Positions 38,433 through 47,005 of a stretch of DNA of 64,000 nt are shown one piece after another. The stretch lies in the NCBI GenBank assembly GCA_009015555.1, contig GCA_009015555.1_3613.1, one strand, 5' to 3'. The position numbers and the translations under genes were made by a program. The DNA is from a phage. A model generated the notes under the pieces. That model saw only the letters and a list, made by a program, of their open reading frames with translations. It had not been told where the DNA came from and ran no database searches. Each line of letters begins with the position of its first letter. Within the stretch, counting starts at the first letter, position 1.

Positions 38433-38831
38433 TTATTCAGCGTCCAGCGCCGCCAGTTCCGCACGAAGCTCTTCTGGGGTCTTGGACTGAACTTCACGCT
38501 GCTCGGCTTCCGCCAGGGCGTTGATCAGTTTCTGACGCTGCGCCGCCTTGTTCTGCGCTGCAACGCGCTCTGCCGCTTCGGTCTCTTTCACGCCGATCAC
38601 GTGCTTAACGATCTCCAGCTTCAGTTCCAGATCTTTACGCACGGCGTTTTTGTTCTGGGACAGGAAGGACTCTTCCTTCTCTGCATTGATCTGGCGGTTG
38701 ATACCCTTCGCCACTTCATCCAGTTGGGTCAGAGACAGATCGAACAGGTCTTCAGTCGCCAGTGACGCGAAGCGTGGGGAAGCGAAACGGATTTTTGCAC
38801 GTGCTGCGATTTCAAAGATGTTGGTAGACAT
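38433..38831 (-). CDS. hypothetical coiled-coil protein
   Basis: 132-aa ORF with RBS GAGGAGAAA; heptad-rich C-terminal half. Confidence 0.55.
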   Translation of the reverse strand: MSTNIFEIAARAKIRFASPRFASLATEDLFDLSLTQLDEVAKGINRQINAEKEESFLSQNKNAVRKDLELKLEIVKHVIGVKETEAAERVAAQNKAAQRQKLINALAEAEQREVQSKTPEELRAELAALDAE

Positions 38832-38863
38832 TGTATTTCTCCTCAGTAATTAAGTTCGGGTTC

Positions 38864-38892
38864 ATTATGGGGCCTTTCGGCCCCGCTGTCAA
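38864..38892 (-). promoter_or_regulatory. sigma70-like promoter (TTGACA, 17-nt spacer containing GC hairpin, CATAAT)
   Basis: -35 abuts stop of upstream gene; spacer is GCGGGGCCGAAAGGCCC. Confidence 0.5.
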
Positions 38893-40902
38893 TTAAAAAA
38901 TCACTTTCAGTGTGCGGGTGAATGCACCAGTCACTTTCACCGTCAGTTCGTTGCGCTGGGTATCAGAGAAGCCCAGGCCAGACAGTTGTTCGTCAGAGGC
39001 CGGAACCTTCATCTTACCTGCCAGATGCTCGAACACTTTACGGTGCTCGTTCAGTTCGTTACGCAGATACTCGTTGTAGAAACCGCGAGTAGTGCCCGGC
39101 TGTTTTGCGCCTTCCAGCATGAAGAAGTAATGCTTGTTACCAATCGCCTGACCGTCCCAGTGGTTCGGAGAGTTCATGATTACAGACACCTTCTGGAACT
39201 GCTCGGTAGCCATTCCCCACACATCTTTAGACTGCTTGCTGTGTGGCAGTGATTCAATGACCTCCACGCCACCTTTACGGGTGTAACGGAAGGTGATTAC
39301 ATCAACATCGCTACCGCGAGACATCGCCTGTGGACGACTAAACTCCAGCGTTGTATTGCCATGCTCCAGTTCAAGAGTGAAGCCAACACGGTCACGAGAA
39401 CGAACATTGTACTGGTTCACCCACACCTTATAAATACCTTCTTCGATCTGACTCTCGCGTTCGAAGATGATGTTCTCAACAGGGTTCAGATCATCATGCT
39501 TATCCATGCCGTTCATATCCAGGTCCAGATACGCACCGCCACCACGACGATTACCGTAATACAGGTGCTCACCGCGAGGGGTACGCATATGCAGGTCAAG
39601 GTCATCGCCATTGTTCCACGCCAGAGAGATACGCAGGGCACCCTCCACTTTACCACCCGCTGCTTTCACACGCTCTTTAATAGAGTCAGTAACTTCACCA
39701 TTGTAAGACCAGGAGAAGTTGTTGTCCCACTTCAGCATGTTCGGAGCGTCCGGATATACCGGGGCCACCAGAGACACCAGGTTGCCAGTGTGGCGGTTCT
39801 CAACCAGCGCTTCGATGCTTGTTGCCGTCGGCAGAACTTCACGGATGAATTTCTCGATGGAGATCTCTTCCACGTTAGCCGGGCCTTTAACAGGCTTCTT
39901 CGCCCCTTTCAGCAGGTCACCGAACACATCTGTGGCCTTCTGGGTGTTGCGGTCAGCAAACAGCACGTTGTTAACGGTCAGGTCTTCCAGTACAGCGTAG
40001 CGGCGAGGCAGAGAGTCCATCAGACCCAGTTGCTGAACCTTCTCCTGTGCTTTCTTGATCATCGCTTCGGTAACCAGCGCAGTCGGGCGCTTGTAGTTTG
40101 CCGGGGCCATAACCTTTTCCCAGCGCTTAACCGCAGATTCGATATCCATACCGCCGGACAGATCTTCCAGCAGGTTGCCGATCGCAGTATTACGGAACTT
40201 ACCGCGCTCACCCAGCTTCAGGCCGTTTGTCCACACGAACGCTTCTTTACCTGCGGTATCCAGAGCATCGTATTTGTTCTTCAGGTCGAGGAACAGGTTG
40301 ACGCTGGCGATCTGCTCGTTACCACGGTACAGGGAACCCTGTGCGTTCAGTTCGATGATCGTTTCTGCTGCGTCGGCAGTCAGTTCAATCAGGCTACGCT
40401 CCAGAACCTGCACGTTGCTACGAGAGCGGCTCAGGGCAGTTGCGATATCTGAGTTTGGCTTCACGAAGTTCTGCGGCAGAACGGCGTGGAAGTGGTTATA
40501 CGTCACGACCTGATCGTTTTCCAGAACGTTGCTTTGTGCCGTACCCACCTTAGTGGTGAAGTGCAGGAACTCGTCAGCGATCGGTGCTGCATGGATCAGC
40601 TTGGACAGCGAGTCAACCACCGCCTGGTAGTAACCCGGCACCTTGATGTCCCAGATGGAGACACGCTTACCGTCAACGAAGGTCACCACACGACCAACAT
40701 CACGGATGAATTGCTTACAGCAGTTGCAGTCGTACTCACGGCGCTCACGGAACATCAGGTTGGTGCCCGCCGGGAATGAATCGAGATAATGGTTCCACAC
40801 GACGTCTTTGTCAGCAGCCACTTCAAACAGGCCAGTTTTAGCCATCTTGGTCAGTTGTTTCTGGATAGCCAGTACGAAGTTATGATAGTTGTTAGTGCTC
40901 AT
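38893..40902 (-). CDS. large conserved hypothetical protein (669 aa)
   Basis: Long ORF with RBS GAGGAG; bounded by a promoter-terminator unit downstream; no catalytic motif recognised. Confidence 0.6.
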   Translation of the reverse strand: MSTNNYHNFVLAIQKQLTKMAKTGLFEVAADKDVVWNHYLDSFPAGTNLMFRERREYDCNCCKQFIRDVGRVVTFVDGKRVSIWDIKVPGYYQAVVDSLSKLIHAAPIADEFLHFTTKVGTAQSNVLENDQVVTYNHFHAVLPQNFVKPNSDIATALSRSRSNVQVLERSLIELTADAAETIIELNAQGSLYRGNEQIASVNLFLDLKNKYDALDTAGKEAFVWTNGLKLGERGKFRNTAIGNLLEDLSGGMDIESAVKRWEKVMAPANYKRPTALVTEAMIKKAQEKVQQLGLMDSLPRRYAVLEDLTVNNVLFADRNTQKATDVFGDLLKGAKKPVKGPANVEEISIEKFIREVLPTATSIEALVENRHTGNLVSLVAPVYPDAPNMLKWDNNFSWSYNGEVTDSIKERVKAAGGKVEGALRISLAWNNGDDLDLHMRTPRGEHLYYGNRRGGGAYLDLDMNGMDKHDDLNPVENIIFERESQIEEGIYKVWVNQYNVRSRDRVGFTLELEHGNTTLEFSRPQAMSRGSDVDVITFRYTRKGGVEVIESLPHSKQSKDVWGMATEQFQKVSVIMNSPNHWDGQAIGNKHYFFMLEGAKQPGTTRGFYNEYLRNELNEHRKVFEHLAGKMKVPASDEQLSGLGFSDTQRNELTVKVTGAFTRTLKVIF

Positions 40903-40935
40903 ATTTGAATCTCCTCAGTGAATGAAATGGGTTGC

Positions 40936-41220
40936 TTACTTAACTGTTACGAAGTTTACACCAGCTTGCTCAAGGATGTCAATACGCAATTGACGTTCTT
41001 TTCCACGGTAAATGTTTTTCAGGGCTTGACGCTGCTTTTCGAGGCTCTCGTACTCTCCTTCTGGGAAGATACGGATTACCGAATCAGCAGAGTAAATTCC
41101 AACACCCACGGCGTTGATCCCGCCCGTTTTTGTTAGCTTACCCTTTGTCACCAGGTAATAAGGATACAGGTCATACCCCACAATCGCCGTGACTGTCGGC
41201 AGCAGATCATCAGGATTCAT
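40936..41220 (-). CDS. hypothetical protein
   Basis: Track ORF 40936..41244 trimmed to ATG 41220. Confidence 0.45.
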   Translation of the reverse strand: MNPDDLLPTVTAIVGYDLYPYYLVTKGKLTKTGGINAVGVGIYSADSVIRIFPEGEYESLEKQRQALKNIYRGKERQLRIDILEQAGVNFVTVK

Positions 41221-41401
41221 CAGCCTTACCCTCCACTTTTCCAATATATGTCATATCCAGCTTGCTGCTGAATGTTTCGAGTCCGAGTTCATAAACCCCG
41301 TTCTCAACCAGACCAACACCCGGGATTTCGTGATTAATAACTTTTCCAGTGATGGTCCCGTCAGGGTGAACAGTCACCTGAGCCAGTGCTTTAAATGACA
41401 T
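41210..41401 (-). CDS. hypothetical protein
   Basis: 63-aa ORF with RBS AAGGAGA. Confidence 0.5.
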   Translation of the reverse strand: MSFKALAQVTVHPDGTITGKVINHEIPGVGLVENGVYELGLETFSSKLDMTYIGKVEGKADES

Positions 41402-41558
41402 AATCCGTCTCCTTTATCTTCGTCAGATCTTTTATCAGTTGTGCCAGAGAATAATTCTTTGCCACCCACGTGTTGTCTTTGCCAACTCGTTCCGGGTCAC
41501 CAAGATATTGCACTATTTCTTCCAGCGTGTCAAACGATTTGTTGTCACGGGTTTTCAT
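41391..41558 (-). CDS. hypothetical small protein
   Basis: Track ORF 41391..41621 trimmed to ATG 41558 (RBS GGAGTGG). Confidence 0.4.
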   Translation of the reverse strand: MKTRDNKSFDTLEEIVQYLGDPERVGKDNTWVAKNYSLAQLIKDLTKIKETDYVI

Positions 41559-41841
41559 TTTTCCACTCCTGAAACTCTTCCCACTCATCGAACCAACGCT
41601 TGTACTTGGCGAAAGCGGCATTCGCCCGGTCCTCAGTCTTGAACTTTCCTTTCACCGGGTAAATGTCCAGTGCCATCACCAAGGTCGGGTCGATGCTGCT
41701 CGGCCCGGCGACCCAGATCTTCCAGTTGATGTCGAAAGGATCGTTAGAGTAATTCAGGCGGAGACCGTGTGGCTTCCAGTTTCGCCGGGCGAAGTATTCA
41801 ACCGACTTGTCCAGAACGTCGAAGAAATCGTCTTTAGTCAT
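41545..41841 (-). CDS. hypothetical Trp-rich protein
   Basis: 98-aa ORF with RBS GGAGGA. Confidence 0.5.
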   Translation of the reverse strand: MTKDDFFDVLDKSVEYFARRNWKPHGLRLNYSNDPFDINWKIWVAGPSSIDPTLVMALDIYPVKGKFKTEDRANAAFAKYKRWFDEWEEFQEWKNENP

Positions 41842-42035
41842 TAGTCCTCCGCCGGGGCAGTTAACCCCGCCATGTATCGCCGGGCAACTTGGAGTCCCAA
41901 CCTCTCCTGTGGGGTGGCCTCATTGAAACCCTCCCCCATCATCTGTCTCAGTTGGTACTGTGTCACGGCAGACTTGATAGTCTCCTCGTAGCACTCAATC
42001 TCAACTGTGAACTTCACAATTTTCTTCTCGGTCAT
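41841..42035 (-). CDS. hypothetical protein
   Basis: 64-aa ORF with RBS AAGGAGG; first gene after promoter at 42063-42090. Confidence 0.5.
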   Translation of the reverse strand: MTEKKIVKFTVEIECYEETIKSAVTQYQLRQMMGEGFNEATPQERLGLQVARRYMAGLTAPAED

Positions 42036-42062
42036 GATGACCTCCTTTGTTTCGATGGGGCC

Positions 42063-42090
42063 ATATTACCAGAATGAATCTGGACGTCAA
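42063..42090 (-). promoter_or_regulatory. sigma70-like promoter (TTGACG, 16-nt spacer, TAATAT)
   Basis: Hexamers on minus strand between terminator and gene 41841..42035. Confidence 0.45.
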
Positions 42091-42104
42091 CACTTTTCTT
42101 CAGG

Positions 42105-42131
42105 TAATAAAAAACCGCCCCGAAGGGCGGT
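42105..42131 (-). terminator. rho-independent terminator
   Basis: ACCGCCC-TTCG-GGGCGGT stem followed by TTTTTATTA on minus strand. Confidence 0.55.
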
Positions 42132-42757
42132 TATCTTTTCTTGGTTTCAATCTTGATTGAGCGCATCAAGCACCGGGAATGATACAGAGCTTGGTCTTGA
42201 GAACCGCCGATCATGAGATTAAAACTTGTCCCGTCTGCAAGATCTGGGATGGCTTTGTTGTTTATCGTTGGCGATCCATCAACAGTTACAGTGAGGCTCT
42301 TGTTAATAGACTCGAAGATTATCTCGTGATAAACACCTTTTGTCACGGCGGGGCCTGCATTGACCCTGCTGGAATTATACCACCAGTCAAGGTATCCGTT
42401 ACTCAGCATGTTGGCGATCCAAGTGCCAGACCCGTTTCCTTGAATAGATCTCCCCACAAATATCATTGGGTTTGTTGCCGCTGCCTTAACCTTCAGATTC
42501 ATGGTGATCTTCCAGTCATTGTTTAGCAGCTTGTCTGGGGTGGTCCCTCCGCTCAATGCCCCATCTCCAACAAAATCCATCGCTGGCAGGCCCTCGTCGA
42601 GAACCGTCGCGGATGTTCCGGCGGTCCTGTTGAACGTTATCCCGCGATCAGTGAATCCTGAGAATGTGCCCAAGGGATACTTGGTGAAGTCCAACTCGAA
42701 CCAAGTGCTGTACTTTTTCGGATCTCCGCCCCCCGGCAGTACCAACATCTCTTGCAT
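42131..42757 (-). CDS. N-tag family paralog B: ConA/LamG-like jelly-roll protein (N-terminus MQEMLVLPGGG)
   Basis: 208-aa ORF with RBS GGGGG; LamG-like pattern; shared N-terminal motif. Confidence 0.55.
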   Translation of the reverse strand: MQEMLVLPGGGDPKKYSTWFELDFTKYPLGTFSGFTDRGITFNRTAGTSATVLDEGLPAMDFVGDGALSGGTTPDKLLNNDWKITMNLKVKAAATNPMIFVGRSIQGNGSGTWIANMLSNGYLDWWYNSSRVNAGPAVTKGVYHEIIFESINKSLTVTVDGSPTINNKAIPDLADGTSFNLMIGGSQDQALYHSRCLMRSIKIETKKR

Positions 42758-42766
42758 ATTGCCCCC

Positions 42767-42791
42767 TAAAAGAAAAGGGGCCGAAGCCCCC
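42767..42791 (-). terminator. hairpin plus U-tract (GGGGGCUUCGGCCCC then UUUUCUUUU) between polymerase gene and paralog B
   Basis: Perfect stem with UUCG loop followed by T-run on minus strand; lies 5 nt downstream of predicted start site of the motif at 42803-42814. Confidence 0.45.
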
Positions 42792-42802
42792 GGAATACAA
42801 GC

Positions 42803-42814
42803 ATTTTACCACAA
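42803..42814 (-). promoter_or_regulatory. TTGTGGTAAAAT motif (candidate extended -10 promoter)
   Basis: Exact 12-mer also at 9371-9382 (plus) and 59785-59796 (minus). Confidence 0.3.
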
Positions 42815-42831
42815 ATGTGTAAAAATAGCCA

Positions 42832-45468
42832 TTAGTGACAATCTCCCCAGCTTGTGCCCGTCAGGTATTCACCTGTGATGTGGACTGGAGATTTCATCAT
42901 CTTAGCCGCCTGCTCCACGCACTTAACGACCATCTGCCCGACCGGGCAATGAATAATCGTGTACACGCCGTTCTCGTCCGGATCACACTTGAACTTACCT
43001 TCTTTCACACAGTGACCATCCAGAACCAGACCTTTCGCCAGGCACTGCTCAACAAAGGCTTTTGCGGTTGCCTCGTCGTTGAACTTCCATTCTTTCTTGA
43101 ACTTGTGCGGCACTTCAAGCTGGTATTCATCGTGGTAGTAGATGATACGGCGGACGCCTTCATCATACCAGCCACGCTTAACCAACTGCCAGTGCAGCAG
43201 GATACCGACCAGATCGAACAGTGCAGCACCGCCGTTCTGCTGGTATGCGTTCAGCAAGGAGTGTTTGGAGCGGGTGTAGATCTTACGACCATCGAGGCCG
43301 TAGATAAAGCGTTTCCCGGTCAACTCCCAGAACTTCTCAAGTGCTTCTTTACGACCTTTCAGACCGATGTTGCTATCCCAGAATGCGTCGATTACCGCCT
43401 GAGCCTTGTCGAGGGAAATACCCAACATGGAGGCGATCTTCGCGGCCTGGGCACCGTACATGATGCCGTATGTCACACCCTTACCTTCACCACGGGAAAC
43501 CTTCTTACCCGCCGCTTTGGTATACGCTTCAGCGTTTCGGCTGTGGGCGTCACCTGATTCCATGATCCGGAGATATGCCCCGCCGTCGAACTCGTAGGCA
43601 CCCCATGCTGCGATCATACCTTCGAGGTTTGAGCCGTCGATACCAACCTGATATTTCCCTTCAGATGCCCGGAATAAGCCACGCATCTCTTTACCCAGTA
43701 AAACCTTCTCGTCTGGTTTAGGGACGTTAGCCACGATTGTGTGCTTACGTCGCCCGGTGTTGGTGATCCCAGAATAACGCGCCGGGAGTTTACCGTCAAT
43801 ACGCAGTCGTGGGTGGTTCAGCCATCCTGTGTCAACCTTGTCTTCCTTGAGCGGGTCAAGTACAGAACGACGGTTACGCAGAGACAGCCACTTCACGATC
43901 TGCTTTGCCATATGACCGTCAACCTTCTCCAAGTTCGGACACAGGCCGCTCATATCTTTCAACTGCGGAGACGTAGGCAGGCCACGGGCCTTACGTCGCA
44001 ACAGCTTGTACATCTTCTCTTTGTCCTGCCACGCCTTCGGGGTGATGCCGAGGTATTCCAGAATAAGATCCCGGTATTCAACTTGGTCCAACTGCTCAAT
44101 GTACTCACGGACAAGCCCATCGACCTCGTTATCGGGGCGTTGTTTCTTAAACTGGTCCTTCGTCACATCCTTACTGCGCCACAGGGTTGGCTTCCAGCCT
44201 GCATCACGGATAAGGAACTTCTTCACGTCATCTTGGTTACCGATACGCATCGGAATCATAATGTCCGGCATGGTTTGGTTCTTCAGATCCAACATTGCCC
44301 GTGCCATGTCCTCTGGTGAGAGAGGGATCAGGGTCGTTTGCTTGTTGTTCTGGTCCCGGATAAACTGCGGCATCGCTGCCTCATCCTCGACACCATGCTC
44401 ATTGCAATACTTGATTGCTGCCGCCGTCAGGCTACCATCGGCCTTGAAAGACTTCGCCGGGGGACCCTTAAAGTCGAGTGCCTCCCAGTTGACATTATAC
44501 CCCAACTTCTCCAGCCACTTCCACCCAGTCCCGGACAAAGATCCATCGCCCTTGAACGGCTTAGAAGGGAAGGTCGGTTGTGCTGACTTCGCCATCTCTT
44601 TCTTCGGGAGATGGGGTTCAACATCTCCCTCGATCTCTCGCATCATTTGATCGATACGGTCACGAAGTTTAAGTGCCGCCTCTTCGTCGAAAGATACGCC
44701 CTGAATCTCCTGCTCAATCATCAGGTAGTCTGTCAGCATACCACGACGCATGGCATTCTTCCAGTTGATCAGCTTGTACTTCTTGGCGTCCTTATCCTTA
44801 TCTTCATCCTTGTACATGAAGCGTTTGTCATCTACCAGCTTGCCGTCGCAGGCGATCTCCTCCATGAGGGCCGTCCACACCATTTCGTTGATGATAACGT
44901 CTTCGATGATACGATCACAATACTTCCACAGCGGCAGGCCACGCCAGTCTTCGATTGCCACTTTCTGGTTGGCAACACGCATACCCCACGCCTCTAAGCC
45001 GTGAGGGCCGACAGGTTTCATCTTCCCGGTGACCGGGTTCTTTACCATCTCCGGACACCCACGAGGAAGCGGTCGGTCTGGATAAAGAGTTCGAGACATT
45101 GACAGAGTGTCGAACAGGTTAACCTGCTTGCCGTTCAGGGTGCCCATGCACTTAGGGTCGCCGAACATATCATACTGTGTTCCCAACATCTTTTTAAACA
45201 GACGAAGGTCGTAGCCGAACAGGTTGTGGATCGCGATGGATTTAGGCTCCGTCTTGAACCAATCGTTCAACTCCTCAAAGGTACGAATTTTGAAATTCTT
45301 GCCCTTCGATTGGATAAATTTCAACGCCTGATCGTACCCTTCCCGGTTGGGGTCGAGGAAGATATTCCAGTTATCGACCTTATACTCCTTGAACAGGATC
45401 ACGTGAAGCTGGTCTACTTCTTCGAGCAGACCATTGGCTTCAGCATCCCCTACAAACAACCCTTTCAT
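42832..45468 (-). CDS. DNA polymerase, family A, with 3'-5' exonuclease domain
   Basis: Track ORF 42832..45495 starts at GTG; ATG at 45468 has AAGGAG; N-terminal exonuclease motif VGDAEANGL; C-terminal KxxxYG..YG region and HDE motif typical of family A polymerases. Confidence 0.85.
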   Translation of the reverse strand: MKGLFVGDAEANGLLEEVDQLHVILFKEYKVDNWNIFLDPNREGYDQALKFIQSKGKNFKIRTFEELNDWFKTEPKSIAIHNLFGYDLRLFKKMLGTQYDMFGDPKCMGTLNGKQVNLFDTLSMSRTLYPDRPLPRGCPEMVKNPVTGKMKPVGPHGLEAWGMRVANQKVAIEDWRGLPLWKYCDRIIEDVIINEMVWTALMEEIACDGKLVDDKRFMYKDEDKDKDAKKYKLINWKNAMRRGMLTDYLMIEQEIQGVSFDEEAALKLRDRIDQMMREIEGDVEPHLPKKEMAKSAQPTFPSKPFKGDGSLSGTGWKWLEKLGYNVNWEALDFKGPPAKSFKADGSLTAAAIKYCNEHGVEDEAAMPQFIRDQNNKQTTLIPLSPEDMARAMLDLKNQTMPDIMIPMRIGNQDDVKKFLIRDAGWKPTLWRSKDVTKDQFKKQRPDNEVDGLVREYIEQLDQVEYRDLILEYLGITPKAWQDKEKMYKLLRRKARGLPTSPQLKDMSGLCPNLEKVDGHMAKQIVKWLSLRNRRSVLDPLKEDKVDTGWLNHPRLRIDGKLPARYSGITNTGRRKHTIVANVPKPDEKVLLGKEMRGLFRASEGKYQVGIDGSNLEGMIAAWGAYEFDGGAYLRIMESGDAHSRNAEAYTKAAGKKVSRGEGKGVTYGIMYGAQAAKIASMLGISLDKAQAVIDAFWDSNIGLKGRKEALEKFWELTGKRFIYGLDGRKIYTRSKHSLLNAYQQNGGAALFDLVGILLHWQLVKRGWYDEGVRRIIYYHDEYQLEVPHKFKKEWKFNDEATAKAFVEQCLAKGLVLDGHCVKEGKFKCDPDENGVYTIIHCPVGQMVVKCVEQAAKMMKSPVHITGEYLTGTSWGDCH

Positions 45469-45557
45469 ACTCTCTCCTTTTTGGCATACCTCCACTCAGG
45501 ATAGCCCAATGCCTCGTAAAGATCAACCTATCAATACCCGTCCTTGGGTGAATAATC

Positions 45558-46274
45558 CTAAAGTTTTTCGAACACGGGCCACCAGATCCCGTTGTTTACC
45601 GTCGTCTGCAAGTAGGTGTTGTCGAACTGCACATACTTAAAGGGGTACGTTGCCGAGTCCGGGTAGTTAGTGTCAAACCTACCACGAATGAATGCCTTGG
45701 TGGTCAGGTTTCCTTTCACCATTGCCCCGCTTCTCGTAGACCCGGTGTAGTTAGGCTTCGTGACCTTCACCGACTCCGGGACAAAAAGATCATGAAAGTT
45801 GATGACCGCCTTTACCTGATCTGACAATGCCCACATATTGGGCACAAAAAGATCGTATTCCTGAACCGGAGTGAAGTCAGGAACATTTATGGTGGCAGAG
45901 GCTCCATAAACATCGTTGGGCACACCTGACATCAAGCGGACCCGGTAGGTATCCTGCCCAATGGTGATCTTTCTGTCCTGTGCTGTTGCTGCCACCCCTG
46001 GTGGGGTTATTCCAACACCGTCACTACCGAATACCGCCCCTTTGAGATAAACAGCCTGGTAATTGTCCCGTCCGATGGGATGGGAGGGGACAATAATGGT
46101 CTTGCCTCCCTTTGTGTAAATGAAATATTTAAAGGAAGCCGCCTTGGCAAGTATATTCGCCGGGGCAAGATCTGCAACAAGGTCAGCGTGTGATATGAAG
46201 GAACCTTCTGAGAGAATCCCTACATACGTAGCCTCCGCGCCGGGCTTAGAGGCAACAATCAACATTTCCTGCAT
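45558..46274 (-). CDS. N-tag family paralog C (N-terminus MQEMLIVASKPG), beta-rich hypothetical
   Basis: 238-aa ORF with RBS GGAGGG; shared N-terminal motif. Confidence 0.55.
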   Translation of the reverse strand: MQEMLIVASKPGAEATYVGILSEGSFISHADLVADLAPANILAKAASFKYFIYTKGGKTIIVPSHPIGRDNYQAVYLKGAVFGSDGVGITPPGVAATAQDRKITIGQDTYRVRLMSGVPNDVYGASATINVPDFTPVQEYDLFVPNMWALSDQVKAVINFHDLFVPESVKVTKPNYTGSTRSGAMVKGNLTTKAFIRGRFDTNYPDSATYPFKYVQFDNTYLQTTVNNGIWWPVFEKL

Positions 46275-46453
46275 CAGCCCTCCAGTTTAACCATGCACGA
46301 ACCGCTTTTCCATTTGCTTACGGTGCCCAGAACTTCGACCTTGGCCTTGTTCCCTTTGATCTGGCGGATGATCCCACCCTGAAGCTCATTGTAGCCCCAA
46401 TAAATAGCCACCTTGTCGCCCTCTTTAAGAGGGGTCCCACGATAATCAGTCAT
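46274..46453 (-). CDS. small hypothetical protein (59 aa), not in ORF track
   Basis: ATG overlapping preceding mini-ORF stop; stop overlaps start of paralog C and supplies its RBS. Confidence 0.3.
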   Translation of the reverse strand: MTDYRGTPLKEGDKVAIYWGYNELQGGIIRQIKGNKAKVEVLGTVSKWKSGSCMVKLEG

Positions 46454-46538
46454 TATGGTTCCTTATGTCCATGATGTACATGACAACACAAAGGAGGCCC
46501 ACGGCCCCCAAGAAAACTAAACCAAACCAATCCGGCAT
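46446..46538 (-). CDS. mini membrane peptide (30 aa), not in ORF track
   Basis: MPDWFGLVFLGAVGLLCVVMYIMD...; start overlaps stop of gene 46538..47005. Confidence 0.2.
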   Translation of the reverse strand: MPDWFGLVFLGAVGLLCVVMYIMDIRNHND

Positions 46539-47005
46539 CAGTCCACCTCAACAGGCTCGATGAAGTAGTTCTGGCCCTTCTTGACTTGCATGAAGGTCCC
46601 CTCTACCCAAGTACCTGAACCTTGAATACGTGTTTCCGAGATGTCATACTTCGTGTTTGGATCACGTTTTCTGTGAAGCAGTTGGAGAATCAACTCCAGA
46701 CTACTGAAGGAGATCTTGTATTCAAATCCCTCTTTGTCTTCAAAGACCGCCACCGCAGAACTCCTTCCTTTCTCTGTGTGAGAAAACTGGAGAGACATCT
46801 TGCGGGTTTCGTGCTCTATCTCTTCTACACGTTTGTTTTCCGAACCGGGCCGGAACATATGAACAAAGTCACAGAGTGGGAATCGGGCAGCATACACCTC
46901 TTCTGCTTTTGGTGTAAAAGCAAATCCCTCCCATCCTGTGAACCACTTCCCGCCTGACCCGGCTTCCGCCAAGGCAGGGTATGAACGTTTACGAAGTTTT
47001 CCCAT
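46538..47005 (-). CDS. hypothetical protein
   Basis: Track ORF 46538..47008 (GTG) trimmed to ATG 47005; RBS GGGAGG. Confidence 0.5.
   Translation of the reverse strand: MGKLRKRSYPALAEAGSGGKWFTGWEGFAFTPKAEEVYAARFPLCDFVHMFRPGSENKRVEEIEHETRKMSLQFSHTEKGRSSAVAVFEDKEGFEYKISFSSLELILQLLHRKRDPNTKYDISETRIQGSGTWVEGTFMQVKKGQNYFIEPVEVD

Noticed and set aside
39361-40452. 363-aa plus-strand ORF antisense to the 669-aa early gene
   Set aside because: No RBS, out-of-frame composition, opposite to all neighbouring genes.
42835-44650. Plus-strand ORFs (42835..43557, 43741..44319, 44006..44650) antisense to the DNA polymerase gene
   Set aside because: The polymerase frame carries recognisable family-A motifs; antisense ORFs lack starts with RBS.
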